Positions 35,108 through 44,073 are shown, numbered from the stretch's first letter. The stretch is DNA of 56,970 nt from Candidatus Nanoarchaeia archaeon (GCA_035655455.1 DASRUL010000005.1:1-56970), one strand, 5' to 3'. The notes: generated by a model from the sequence alone, not told the origin. Numbers and translations: made by a program.

Positions 35108-35184
35108 CCTCACACTCACAAGACAATCTATAAAAACGTTTCTCTACGAAACCTTAATATACTTCGCATCTCCACCGCCTTTTT

Positions 35185-35340
35185 ATGGCAGAATCCCTCG
35201 TTTCCGACTTCTGGTACTTCATGAAAGAAAACAAAAAATGGTGGCTTCTCCCCATCGTTCTCCTCTTAGCGCTCGTCGGCGTCCTTATCGTTTTCTCAGG
35301 AAGCTCAGCAGTTTCTCCTTTTGTGTACGCACTCTTCTAA
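35185..35340 (+). CDS. DUF5989/SxtK-like small membrane protein, 51 aa
   Basis: Below the ORF-track cutoff. MAESLVSDFWYFMKENKKWWLLPIVLLLALVGVLIVFSGSSAVSPFVYALF matches the family pattern I recall (...FW.F...rKKfWLlPi...L...G.L......a..PFIYtLF). TATA-like CTTAATATAC lies 23-32 nt upstream. Confidence 0.65.
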   Translation: MAESLVSDFWYFMKENKKWWLLPIVLLLALVGVLIVFSGSSAVSPFVYALF

Positions 35341-36620
35341 GACTCTTTCTCAACATAGGACACCTTTGCCTCAAGCACACCAACCAAGAGATCAGCAACC
35401 TTTTCGTGCCCTTCTCTCGTAAAGTGGCCATCTTCCTTGAAATAAAAACGCAGAGGGTCTTTTTCCCTTCCAAACTCCTCCACAAGATCAATAATCAAGA
35501 TATTCCTTTTCTTTCCAAACTCCAACAACCTGTGCCTCGCTTTAACCTTCCCATACGCTTCCTTGTCCAAGGGAAAAAACTTTCTCGAAGGAATACTCAA
35601 GATGATCACTCTCGCGCCGTTCTCTTCCGACAAAGCAACAATCTCCTCCAACAACCCCTCAGTCTTCGTCCATTCTCTTCCAGTCCTCTCAGAAGAGCCA
35701 GCGTATACCTCGTAAAAATCTTTCTTCTCAAACAAATCATCAAAGCCTTTCTTCTCCTTCGCAAGACTCCTAAAAACAGCGTCAGCTTTTGCACTCAAGA
35801 AACTCATTACATACAGCTTCATCTTCTCAGAACTTTTATAATCCTTCACAAAAAAGCCTTCAACCACAGAAAAATTACTCACATCAATGTTGTCAGTTAA
35901 ATCATTCCCCACAAAAAAAGCAACAATAACAACCTCAGGATTCAGCCTCAAACCATCCTCCTTCAAATAAAGAAGCTCCTGATCAGTACCATATCCGCCA
36001 ACACCAGCATTGACCACTTCAACGTCCTCTTTTTCACTTATTTTTCTCTCCAACACCTCGGAAAACGTTTCATTATCCTCTACACCAACCCCAAACGCGA
36101 AGGAGTCACCAAGCACAAGAACCTTTTTTTCAATAGAACTCTCACTTTCGCCCCCACGCAAACCCTCACTATTCGTGGAAACAGCAACATCATACTCAGC
36201 AGTCCTCATCCTTCCGGTAAAATTCGCAGCCATCCTATGACCAAGAACAGGATCATTCTCAAACATGTACCGAGGGATATAATCCCTCCCGATCTGCGGA
36301 GACAAGGGAAACGCCACACGCAATACTCCTTCAAACACTAGCAAGAACACAACCACTGACAAGAATAATACAACAACCTGTCTTTTGTTTCTTTTCAAAA
36401 AATCCAAGACCCTCCAACGACCTGTGGCCTCGAACACCCACAGGACTAGCAGCGCAAGAGCAACAACCAGCAACACTCCCTCAAAAATCCTAATCTTTAC
36501 TATGCTTAACTCAGAAAACTCTCTTCCAAAATACAATGACAGCGTGCTCTTATTAAAAACCACGCCAAGCACGAGCAACAACGACCCGATTGTTAAGAGC
36601 ACTCTTTCACTCTTCATCAT
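35337..36620 (-). CDS. membrane-anchored SGNH/GDSL hydrolase
   Basis: N-terminal TM segments, then VLVLGDSFAFG...GVGGYGTDQE...VGNDLTD...EDGHFT. ATG at 36620 (the track start is TTG). Confidence 0.7.
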   Translation of the reverse strand: MMKSERVLLTIGSLLLVLGVVFNKSTLSLYFGREFSELSIVKIRIFEGVLLVVALALLVLWVFEATGRWRVLDFLKRNKRQVVVLFLSVVVFLLVFEGVLRVAFPLSPQIGRDYIPRYMFENDPVLGHRMAANFTGRMRTAEYDVAVSTNSEGLRGGESESSIEKKVLVLGDSFAFGVGVEDNETFSEVLERKISEKEDVEVVNAGVGGYGTDQELLYLKEDGLRLNPEVVIVAFFVGNDLTDNIDVSNFSVVEGFFVKDYKSSEKMKLYVMSFLSAKADAVFRSLAKEKKGFDDLFEKKDFYEVYAGSSERTGREWTKTEGLLEEIVALSEENGARVIILSIPSRKFFPLDKEAYGKVKARHRLLEFGKKRNILIIDLVEEFGREKDPLRFYFKEDGHFTREGHEKVADLLVGVLEAKVSYVEKES

Positions 36621-38208
36621 TCCACTCAATTCTGTAAATTGTCACCTTCCAAGACTCATCTTCCCCATACACTTTTCTAAAAAATCCAGGGACATTCCTC
36701 TCCTGCAACAACGGCTTTAACGCAGGCCTCAACTCAATATATTTAGGATCAATCACAGCATAATCAACCTTTAACCTTCTCATCCCATCTAGCGTTTCCT
36801 CGAACGTTTCAGCATACGGATACAACGACGTCTTTATTTTCCCAGAAACAAACCCTTTTCCCTCGAACCTCGCATCAGGCAAATACCTCATAATATGACT
36901 TTGACCTTCGAGCACCATTATGTATCCCTCAGCATTGTCAGCCAGCCACAACGCCCAACCAGCCTCCTTATTTAACGGATCATTCTCCAACGAATTCAAC
37001 GAGACAGTACTATCACGCAAGCCAAACCCAATCACAACAAGGACAAAAACCGTCCAGATCAGATACTTATACCTCTGATTTTTCGCTAACACCCCCATTC
37101 CGGCAACAGCGAGCATCAGCACCAAGGGCACTAACGGATAAAAATACCGAGGATAAGTAAATGTGCCATAGACTGGAAGATGTGACAACACCCAAAACCC
37201 AGGCACCACCAAGAACCCAGCCAGGATCGCTTTTTCCTTTTTAAAAAAGTACAGCAACCCGACCAAGAACGGCAAGATCAACAACGGACCAACAATCACA
37301 ACAACCAAGGAATAAGCCATCTTCACACTTCCAGAAAAGGCAAATTTATTCAGGATTGTTCCGAAACTATTTTCTTTTACATACTCTATTAACGAAGGAG
37401 GCTCAACATTCGGGCTCCATGCTTCCTGACCAGAACTCAACAAGAACCCACTCTCACCTCCAAAATCAAACGGAGAACCATACACAACAGCCCGCAACCC
37501 GAGATACGGCAGCAAGACCAACCCGAAAACAACCAACATTATTCCCACGCGCCTCCAAGAAAAATCGTGAATTTCCTTTCTCAGCAACAACACAGCAAGA
37601 AGAACACCACCAAGAACGAACAACCCATTCACTCTCACCAAAAAACACAAACCAGCGAAGATTGTTGCCATGTACGCGAACTTCATACCCTCTTTTATTC
37701 TCAATGAGCAATACACCACAAACAAGAAGACCAACATGAACAGCGACTCACTCATCCCAGAAACAGCAGTGATCACCATCACATAGCTCATCCCGAACAG
37801 CACCAACACCGCCAACGTTTCTCCCTTTCCTAGTATCCTTCTCGCAATCAACCACAACGGGACAAATACAAAACCTCCAACAACAGCAGAAGCAACCCTC
37901 AACACATACTCCTGAAACGCGAACGACCTTTCAAGAAAAGGAAGGAAAAACAACGAGGCAACCAACGGCCAACCCATCGCACCAGCTTGTATTGGAATAA
38001 AATTCCCGGCAAGAATCTCTCTCACCTTTAACAAATACACAAACGCGTCCTGCCTCAAGATCGCGTCAGGAATCAGCGCTATCCTTAAAATCAAACCAGC
38101 CAAGAATAACAACGGAACAACAATCTTTTCGTTCTCCACGAGAACCCTTCCAAACCTCACGCAAGAGGCTTCAATCCTCTCCAAAACCCCCTCAACAAGC
38201 TCAGTCAT
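36607..38208 (-). CDS. GT-C-like polytopic membrane glycosyltransferase
   Basis: About 12 TM helices plus a soluble C-terminal domain. The ATG at 38208 overlaps the carbamoyltransferase stop by 8 nt. Confidence 0.55.
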   Translation of the reverse strand: MTELVEGVLERIEASCVRFGRVLVENEKIVVPLLFLAGLILRIALIPDAILRQDAFVYLLKVREILAGNFIPIQAGAMGWPLVASLFFLPFLERSFAFQEYVLRVASAVVGGFVFVPLWLIARRILGKGETLAVLVLFGMSYVMVITAVSGMSESLFMLVFLFVVYCSLRIKEGMKFAYMATIFAGLCFLVRVNGLFVLGGVLLAVLLLRKEIHDFSWRRVGIMLVVFGLVLLPYLGLRAVVYGSPFDFGGESGFLLSSGQEAWSPNVEPPSLIEYVKENSFGTILNKFAFSGSVKMAYSLVVVIVGPLLILPFLVGLLYFFKKEKAILAGFLVVPGFWVLSHLPVYGTFTYPRYFYPLVPLVLMLAVAGMGVLAKNQRYKYLIWTVFVLVVIGFGLRDSTVSLNSLENDPLNKEAGWALWLADNAEGYIMVLEGQSHIMRYLPDARFEGKGFVSGKIKTSLYPYAETFEETLDGMRRLKVDYAVIDPKYIELRPALKPLLQERNVPGFFRKVYGEDESWKVTIYRIEWNDEE

Positions 38209-40960
38209 CAGCAAACGCCTCGCTATCCCACATATCCTGAGCATTATCAGCGCGCCTAATCAGGAAACGATCCATCACCAAACAATCAATCCCCGTACCC
38301 ATCATACATCTATACGCCTCTTCAGGCTTACACACAATCGGCTCACCACGAATATTGAACGAGGTATTTATCAGCACAGGAACGCCGCTTAACTTTCCAA
38401 ACTCCTTAATCACCTCATAATATCGAGGATTCTGCTCCTTTCTTATCGTCTGCAACCTTCCAGTACCGTCAACATGCGTCACCGCAGGCAACAACTTTTG
38501 TTTCTCTTTCCTAATAGGATACACCAATAACATAAAATCAGCAGCCAACGGAATAGGATCGTCACACTCAAAATATTTCGGAGCGTCCTCAACGCATACC
38601 ACAGGAGCGAACGGCCTAAAACTGTTTCCACTAAAAACAATCTTTTCATCTCTTTTTACACAGAGCAGATTATACTTAGGAACCTTAACACAATATACTT
38701 TTCCATTATAATCTATTAAACCACTTTGATTTTTCCTGACATAAGATATCTTACTTCCTTTATTTAGTCTTACATAATAAGTAATATTATGTTTTGGATT
38801 CTTAGGAACTTCTGTTGATGTCGTTATACTATAGTCCAGTTTTAAACCTAACTCTTGGACTTCATCCGCTAATCTTTTACTTGTAGTCGTGTACTTATAC
38901 TGCTTTTTCCTAGGTGTTCCATCACCGCGCATCAACGCATCGAACAAGATCTTTAACTGTCTTTCGCTTAACTCTAAAAATTCTCTCGGTATGAACTTGC
39001 TCTTTGCTTTACCAAACTGTTTTAGATATTCAAAAAGCTGTTTGTTTCCCTTTATAAAACTTCCAGAATTATATCTCCATTGGTATATCTTGTTTAGACA
39101 CCCCTTCATTCTTCTATAATATTTTGAACTTACATTCTGAGAAATGTAAATATTGTGCTTTCCTTGATCATAACAACAACATCCTTCAGACAGATAATAT
39201 CCAAAAAATTCCAACCATAAATCCATAGGTATCTTATCTTTCTCAATAATATGACCATACTTTTTTCTTACAATTTTTGGTATTAAAAAATATTTTTTTT
39301 CTTTTCCATTCCATTTCTCAATTGCTTTGATCTGAATATTTTCTTTACACACTAGTCTTTTAGCTTCTTCAAATCCAAATCTATTCACATAAATACTGTC
39401 TCTATGATTAGTTATCTTTTTTGCCCACATATTATGTTCAGGCGTCACAACTAGATTTATTCTTTTGTTCTTGAAATATACCATCTTGCCTGTGTAATTG
39501 TACTCCATTCTTTTCTCTATTCTTTGATACACCAACTCTTTCGTTTTTGGATTCAATGTTGCTACTTTATCGTCTTTAGTCAGTTCTTTGAATGATTTCC
39601 ACCCCTCCTTTGTTAAAATTTGAGTTTGATCATCATAACACTCCCTATGCTTCACCTTGAGATTAAGAATTTCCTGCATCTTCGGATTACAAGGATTAGA
39701 AAGGATGCTTCTTGCGCCTAACGCCCTCGGACCAAACTCCATCCTTCCCTGAAACCAGCCAACAACATTGTTCTCGTAAATCAACTTCCCAACAGTCTCG
39801 ACTAATTCTTTTCCAGATCTAAATTCATTATATTTAATTCTGTTTTTATCCAAGTACTCTTTGATCTCTTTTTGATCATATCCAGGACCAAGATACGAAT
39901 GCTCCATCACGACATTCCTCTTGTTTTTAAAAAGACTAAAATACACAAAAGCAGCAGCGCCAACACTAGTGCCGCCGTCGCCAGCAGCAGGCTGAATAAA
40001 CAACGACTTAAACGGAGTTTTTTTCAAGATCTTCCCATTCGCCAAACTATTCAACGCGACACCCCCAGCCATACACAGATTCTTAGATTTGTACTTTTTA
40101 TGCAATGCGTTCAAGATTTTGAATAGTATCTCCTCTGTTAATTTCTGGACCGAAGATGCTATATCCTGATAATACTCCGTCATTGCCTCACTTTTTTTTC
40201 TCGACGGACCAAACTCTTGTATGAACTTTTTCGAAGGCATCGCCATCTTATAATGATACACGAAGTACTCCATATTCAACATGAAACTCCCGTCTTCCTT
40301 AACTTCTATTAACTTTCTTACTTTGTCAACATATTTTGGCTTTCCATACGCGCTCAATCCCATAGCTTTATACTCTCCGGAATTTGCCGTGAACCCCAAA
40401 AATACAGTAAATGTACTATACAACAACCCCAACGAATGAGGAAAACGAATCTCCTTCTCCAACACTAATTTATTATCCTTCGCATAGCCCGCAGTAGCAG
40501 ACGCCCACTCTCCTACCCCATCAACTGTCAACAAGACCGCGTCCTTAAACGGACTCATCAAATAAGAACTCGCGGCATGCGCAAGATGATGCTCAACAAA
40601 ATACACTTCCCCATCAAATCCCACCTTTTTCTTAATAATTCCACGAATCCTCAACTTTTCATTAATCCAAGATGGCATTGTCTTGTTGAAGGCAAACAAA
40701 CCGCGAGGAAAAGAATCCACAAATTGACTCATCACTCTCTCAAACTTTACTAGTGGTTTCTCATAAAAAGCGACAGCATCAAGCTCCTTTCCAGAAACAC
40801 CAGCCTCCTTTAAACAATACTTAATCGCGTTTATTGGAAAAGAGGCATCATGCTTTTTCCTTGTGAAGCGCTCTTCCTCCGCAGCAGCAATCAGCTTCCC
40901 ATCTTTGAGTATACACGCAGACGAGTCATGAAAGAATGCTGAAATACCTAATATAATCAT
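38201..40960 (-). CDS. NodU/CmcH/SxtI-family carbamoyltransferase interrupted by an intein
   Basis: N-terminus MIILGISAFFHDSSACILKDGKLIAAAEEERFTRKKHD...HHLAHAASSY...; C-terminal part ...FRPFAPVV...THVDGTGRLQT...LINTSFNIRGEPIV. 919 aa versus the ~580 I expect for this family. Confidence 0.85.
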   Translation of the reverse strand: MIILGISAFFHDSSACILKDGKLIAAAEEERFTRKKHDASFPINAIKYCLKEAGVSGKELDAVAFYEKPLVKFERVMSQFVDSFPRGLFAFNKTMPSWINEKLRIRGIIKKKVGFDGEVYFVEHHLAHAASSYLMSPFKDAVLLTVDGVGEWASATAGYAKDNKLVLEKEIRFPHSLGLLYSTFTVFLGFTANSGEYKAMGLSAYGKPKYVDKVRKLIEVKEDGSFMLNMEYFVYHYKMAMPSKKFIQEFGPSRKKSEAMTEYYQDIASSVQKLTEEILFKILNALHKKYKSKNLCMAGGVALNSLANGKILKKTPFKSLFIQPAAGDGGTSVGAAAFVYFSLFKNKRNVVMEHSYLGPGYDQKEIKEYLDKNRIKYNEFRSGKELVETVGKLIYENNVVGWFQGRMEFGPRALGARSILSNPCNPKMQEILNLKVKHRECYDDQTQILTKEGWKSFKELTKDDKVATLNPKTKELVYQRIEKRMEYNYTGKMVYFKNKRINLVVTPEHNMWAKKITNHRDSIYVNRFGFEEAKRLVCKENIQIKAIEKWNGKEKKYFLIPKIVRKKYGHIIEKDKIPMDLWLEFFGYYLSEGCCCYDQGKHNIYISQNVSSKYYRRMKGCLNKIYQWRYNSGSFIKGNKQLFEYLKQFGKAKSKFIPREFLELSERQLKILFDALMRGDGTPRKKQYKYTTTSKRLADEVQELGLKLDYSITTSTEVPKNPKHNITYYVRLNKGSKISYVRKNQSGLIDYNGKVYCVKVPKYNLLCVKRDEKIVFSGNSFRPFAPVVCVEDAPKYFECDDPIPLAADFMLLVYPIRKEKQKLLPAVTHVDGTGRLQTIRKEQNPRYYEVIKEFGKLSGVPVLINTSFNIRGEPIVCKPEEAYRCMMGTGIDCLVMDRFLIRRADNAQDMWDSEAFADD
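38624..39640 (-). other. intein (339 aa) with a LAGLIDADG-type homing-endonuclease domain
   Basis: Residues 441-779. Starts at Cys (TGT, 39638-39640; CYDDQTQILT). Block B is VVTPEHNMW. Dodecapeptide-like motifs LWLEFFGYYLSEGC and LKILFDALMRGDGT. Ends VFSGN (AAC, 38624-38626) followed by Ser+1. The exteins rejoin as KHRE|SFRPFAP. Confidence 0.8.
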
Positions 40961-40961
40961 C

Positions 40962-41219
40962 TTAAAATGGTTTCAAATACTCCTCCTTGTTTTTTTCACC
41001 GCCAATTTTTACTTCTTCCCAATAAGTTTCTTTTTCCTTTTCAGAATTCTTCATGTTCAAAAACCTCTTTCTTCCAATTTTCGCGCATACAGCCACAAAC
41101 CCAATACCAACAACAAAAATAACAGTCAACAAGAGCGTATTTATGATCACCGCGATCGTCTCGCCAAACGTGTGCATCCCCTGCTTCCAACCACTAAAAA
41201 ATAACTTTATTCTTTCCAT
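40962..41219 (-). CDS. SxtJ-like membrane protein, C-terminal half
   Basis: 85 aa. ...GWKQGMHTFGETIAVIINTLLLTVIFVVGIGFVAVCAKIGRKRFLNMK....ETYWEEV resembles the second half of SxtJ-family proteins as I recall them. Confidence 0.45.
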   Translation of the reverse strand: MERIKLFFSGWKQGMHTFGETIAVIINTLLLTVIFVVGIGFVAVCAKIGRKRFLNMKNSEKEKETYWEEVKIGGEKNKEEYLKPF

Positions 41220-41415
41220 ACCTCCCCCTCACCTTCCTTCCAACAACAAACATCACCACCAATATTCCAGCAGCAACCACCACAAACCAGTATGTCACCC
41301 AATCTCTCAACTTTATCAAGAAGGCCGCTGACAAAAAGATAAGCGAACCGCAAAAGATTCCAGCATACTCACCTGCCATATAGGAAAGCCTTCTTCTCTT
41401 AAGATGATCATCCAT
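41194..41415 (-). CDS. SxtJ-like membrane protein, N-terminal half (2 TM)
   Basis: ATG at 41415 (MDDHLKRRRLSYMAGEYAGIF...) with a TATA-like box at 41437-41446. Overlaps the next ORF by 26 nt in a different frame. Confidence 0.45.
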   Translation of the reverse strand: MDDHLKRRRLSYMAGEYAGIFCGSLIFLSAAFLIKLRDWVTYWFVVVAAGILVVMFVVGRKVRGRYGKNKVIF

Positions 41416-41457
41416 CAGCAAGCGCAACTGTGTAAGTTTTAAATAACTTTCTAAGAA

Positions 41458-42513
41458 TCATACAATCTTCGCTAGCTCAGCACCGACCATCTCCTTAAAA
41501 ATAGTATCCCTGTCCTTCGTAATTCTCCAAGAGGGGTATTCTTTTTTTAATTTCCTTAAATTACTGATATAACAAATATGATCACCCTCCCTGTTTTGCT
41601 CATTGTACGTATAATTCACTTCTTTTCCCGCCATTCTCTTTAAGATATCAAAACACTCTAAGATCGAAACACTATTCTCACGACCACCCCCAAGATTAAA
41701 GACAACACCATGCTGAGGATCATTAATAAACGCCTCGAACGCCCTCACCACATCATAACAATGGATCTGATCCCGCACCTGCTTTCCCTTATACCCAAAC
41801 ACTGTGTAAGGATCGCCTTTTACTGCAGTCTTAATCAAATACGATAAAAAGCCATGCAACTCAACACCACTATGCTGGGGTCCTGTGAGACAGCCACCAC
41901 GAAAACAAACAGTATTCATGTCAAAATAACGGCCATACTCCTGCACCATAATATCAGCAGCAACCTTTGATGCGCCAAAAACACTATGCTTCGAGCGATC
42001 AATACTCAATGACTCATCAACGCCCTCAAAATGCTCCTTGTTTGAGTAATCCCACCTTGTTTTCAACTCTTTCAACGGCAAATAGTTCGGAGAATCCCCA
42101 TACACCTTGTTCGTGCTCATAAACACAAAAGGAGCGGCAGGACAATGCTTTCTCGTGGCTTCCAACAAGTTCAACGTTCCTAACGCGTTCACCTCAAAAT
42201 CAGTAAGAGGATCATTCTTCGCCCAATCATGGGAAGGCTGCGCAGCACAATGAACAATCGCGCCAAACTCATGCTTCCTAAACAAATCAAACACCCCCTG
42301 CCTGTCTCTAATGTCAAGATCCATATGAGAAAAATTCTTCACTTTTTCTTTCAAATTTCTCAACATCCAAGACGTATCACCCTTCTCACCAAAGAAGAAC
42401 TTCCTCATATTATTATCAACGCCAACAAGATCATACCCCTGATTGCCAAAGTGCAAGACAGCCTCAGAACCAATAAGGCCACTGCTCCCAGTCACAAGAA
42501 TCTTCTTCTGCAT
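41458..42513 (-). CDS. extended SDR, CDP-paratose 2-epimerase-like NAD-dependent epimerase/dehydratase
   Basis: KILVTGSSGLIGS, STNKVYGD, FDMNTVCFRGGCLTGPQH, YKGKQVRDQIHCYDV and NLGGGRENSVSILE are collinear with RfbE-type epimerases as I recall them. The YxxxK motif reads FGASK. Confidence 0.7.
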   Translation of the reverse strand: MQKKILVTGSSGLIGSEAVLHFGNQGYDLVGVDNNMRKFFFGEKGDTSWMLRNLKEKVKNFSHMDLDIRDRQGVFDLFRKHEFGAIVHCAAQPSHDWAKNDPLTDFEVNALGTLNLLEATRKHCPAAPFVFMSTNKVYGDSPNYLPLKELKTRWDYSNKEHFEGVDESLSIDRSKHSVFGASKVAADIMVQEYGRYFDMNTVCFRGGCLTGPQHSGVELHGFLSYLIKTAVKGDPYTVFGYKGKQVRDQIHCYDVVRAFEAFINDPQHGVVFNLGGGRENSVSILECFDILKRMAGKEVNYTYNEQNREGDHICYISNLRKLKKEYPSWRITKDRDTIFKEMVGAELAKIV

Positions 42514-42584
42514 TCTTCACCCTCTTTCAGGAGAATACAAGACCCTTTTAAGGTTTTTGTGACACCTATCAGGGTTTATAATTT

Positions 42585-44021
42585 TTAAATAAACTTCAAC
42601 TTCCTCGAGGCAGCCAAGCACATCCTCAACATCGTCAACCCATTCTTCACGCGCTTATTCATCTTCGTCTCGCCATACGTCCTTTCCACATAGTGCACCG
42701 GCATGTCAACTATCTTTAAGTTAATCTTTGAGGCTGAAAACAATAACTCGTAATCACCCCACTGATCCTCAACACCCCACGTGAAGAAGACCTTCCTCAT
42801 CCTTTCATAATCCTCTTTGAAAAACACTTTTGTGCCGCAGAGCGTGTCTTTGACCGGTCTATCAAGAAGATAGGAAAAAATCATGCCGAACATTTTGTTA
42901 CCTATCATATTAAAACCGCGCATCGCCTGATCCTCCATTGGATACACCATCCTCGAGCCGTTGATGAACTCACCCTTGCCTTCCATCAACGCGTTGAAAA
43001 AGTAAGGAAGCTCTTCAGGTAACACCGTTAAATCAGCATCAAGAATCATCAAGACGTCACCTGACGCGTGCTTAAAACACTCCCACACATTCTTCGACTT
43101 ACAAATACCAGGGGAATCAACCAATCTAATCTTTCTGTTGGGATAAGTCTTGATACACCTCAACACTTCTTCCCTCGTATCATCAGTAGATTTGTCATCC
43201 CCGAAAATAATCTCCGTCCACTTTCCTAACTCAGGAATTCTCTTTATTGCGTTCTCAATGTTTCCTTTCTCATTCTTACAAGGTATTACAATACTCACTG
43301 AAAAATTCTTCCCATTTTTTCTCTCAGTGACCTTCCTTGCAATCACTACCTGCAAATACCCCAACCCCCTCATTCCCGGAATACGCGCGATATACTTATT
43401 TGTAAGACTACTTACCAATGGAACATACTTCGGCATTAACAACGCTCGATCCTTCCTCACCACATCTAAATCAGCAAGATACAACAAGTTACTCACATCC
43501 TCAACAGAAAGCCAATTCAGTGTTGGTTGTTTCATTTTCAACTTTAATCCTTCAGCGATTTTTACAATAGGATACCACAACGAGCTATGATTGATGATAA
43601 CAATCCTTGTTCTGTCGTCCGCAATCCTGCACACTTCCTTAAACAACTTCAATACGTCAACAATATCATCCAAAACATTCACCAACAAGATATAATCAAA
43701 TTTCTCCTTAATCTTTTCTAAACGCTCAAAATCCGCAACCTCAAAATTCAAATAAGGATATTTTTGCTTTGCAATCCTTACTAACTCTTCACCATACTCT
43801 AATCCTAGACCATAACTAGGATCAACACCCTGCAAAAAATCCCCAAGGTCGCTTTTTAACAATAACACTCGTTTCTTTGGCTCTACAATATTCTTCAAAA
43901 GCTTAAGGATATACCTATAGTAATACCGATTTTTCTTAATCCACTTCTTCCTAAACTCTGCATTCTTCCGATGAGCACTAACAATCTCACGTTTCTTCCA
44001 GCTCAAATCATCAATCGGCAT
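42585..44021 (-). CDS. fusion protein: SAM methyltransferase-like (N) plus GT2 glycosyltransferase (C)
   Basis: 478 aa. C-terminal half FSVSIVIPCKNEKGNIENAI...LMILDADLTV. N-terminal half has a Rossmann MTase-like layout (VLLLKSDLGDF...FDYILLVNVLDDI). Confidence 0.65.
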   Translation of the reverse strand: MPIDDLSWKKREIVSAHRKNAEFRKKWIKKNRYYYRYILKLLKNIVEPKKRVLLLKSDLGDFLQGVDPSYGLGLEYGEELVRIAKQKYPYLNFEVADFERLEKIKEKFDYILLVNVLDDIVDVLKLFKEVCRIADDRTRIVIINHSSLWYPIVKIAEGLKLKMKQPTLNWLSVEDVSNLLYLADLDVVRKDRALLMPKYVPLVSSLTNKYIARIPGMRGLGYLQVVIARKVTERKNGKNFSVSIVIPCKNEKGNIENAIKRIPELGKWTEIIFGDDKSTDDTREEVLRCIKTYPNRKIRLVDSPGICKSKNVWECFKHASGDVLMILDADLTVLPEELPYFFNALMEGKGEFINGSRMVYPMEDQAMRGFNMIGNKMFGMIFSYLLDRPVKDTLCGTKVFFKEDYERMRKVFFTWGVEDQWGDYELLFSASKINLKIVDMPVHYVERTYGETKMNKRVKNGLTMLRMCLAASRKLKFI

Positions 44022-44042
44022 TGGGCGCTCTTATTCAGAATA

Positions 44043-44052
44043 GTTTATATTC
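44043..44052. promoter_or_regulatory. single central TATA-like box shared by divergent genes (starts 44021 and 44074)
   Basis: GTTTATATTC sits in a 52-bp spacer, 22-31 nt from both ATGs. Confidence 0.45.
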
Positions 44053-44073
44053 TTTTCGTTACTCTCTCGTGGT

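Noticed and set aside
35238-35900. 220-aa + strand ORF.
   Set aside because: It overlaps the SGNH hydrolase gene on the minus strand and has no motifs. The real + strand gene here is the 51-aa DUF5989-like ORF at 35185..35340, in a different frame.
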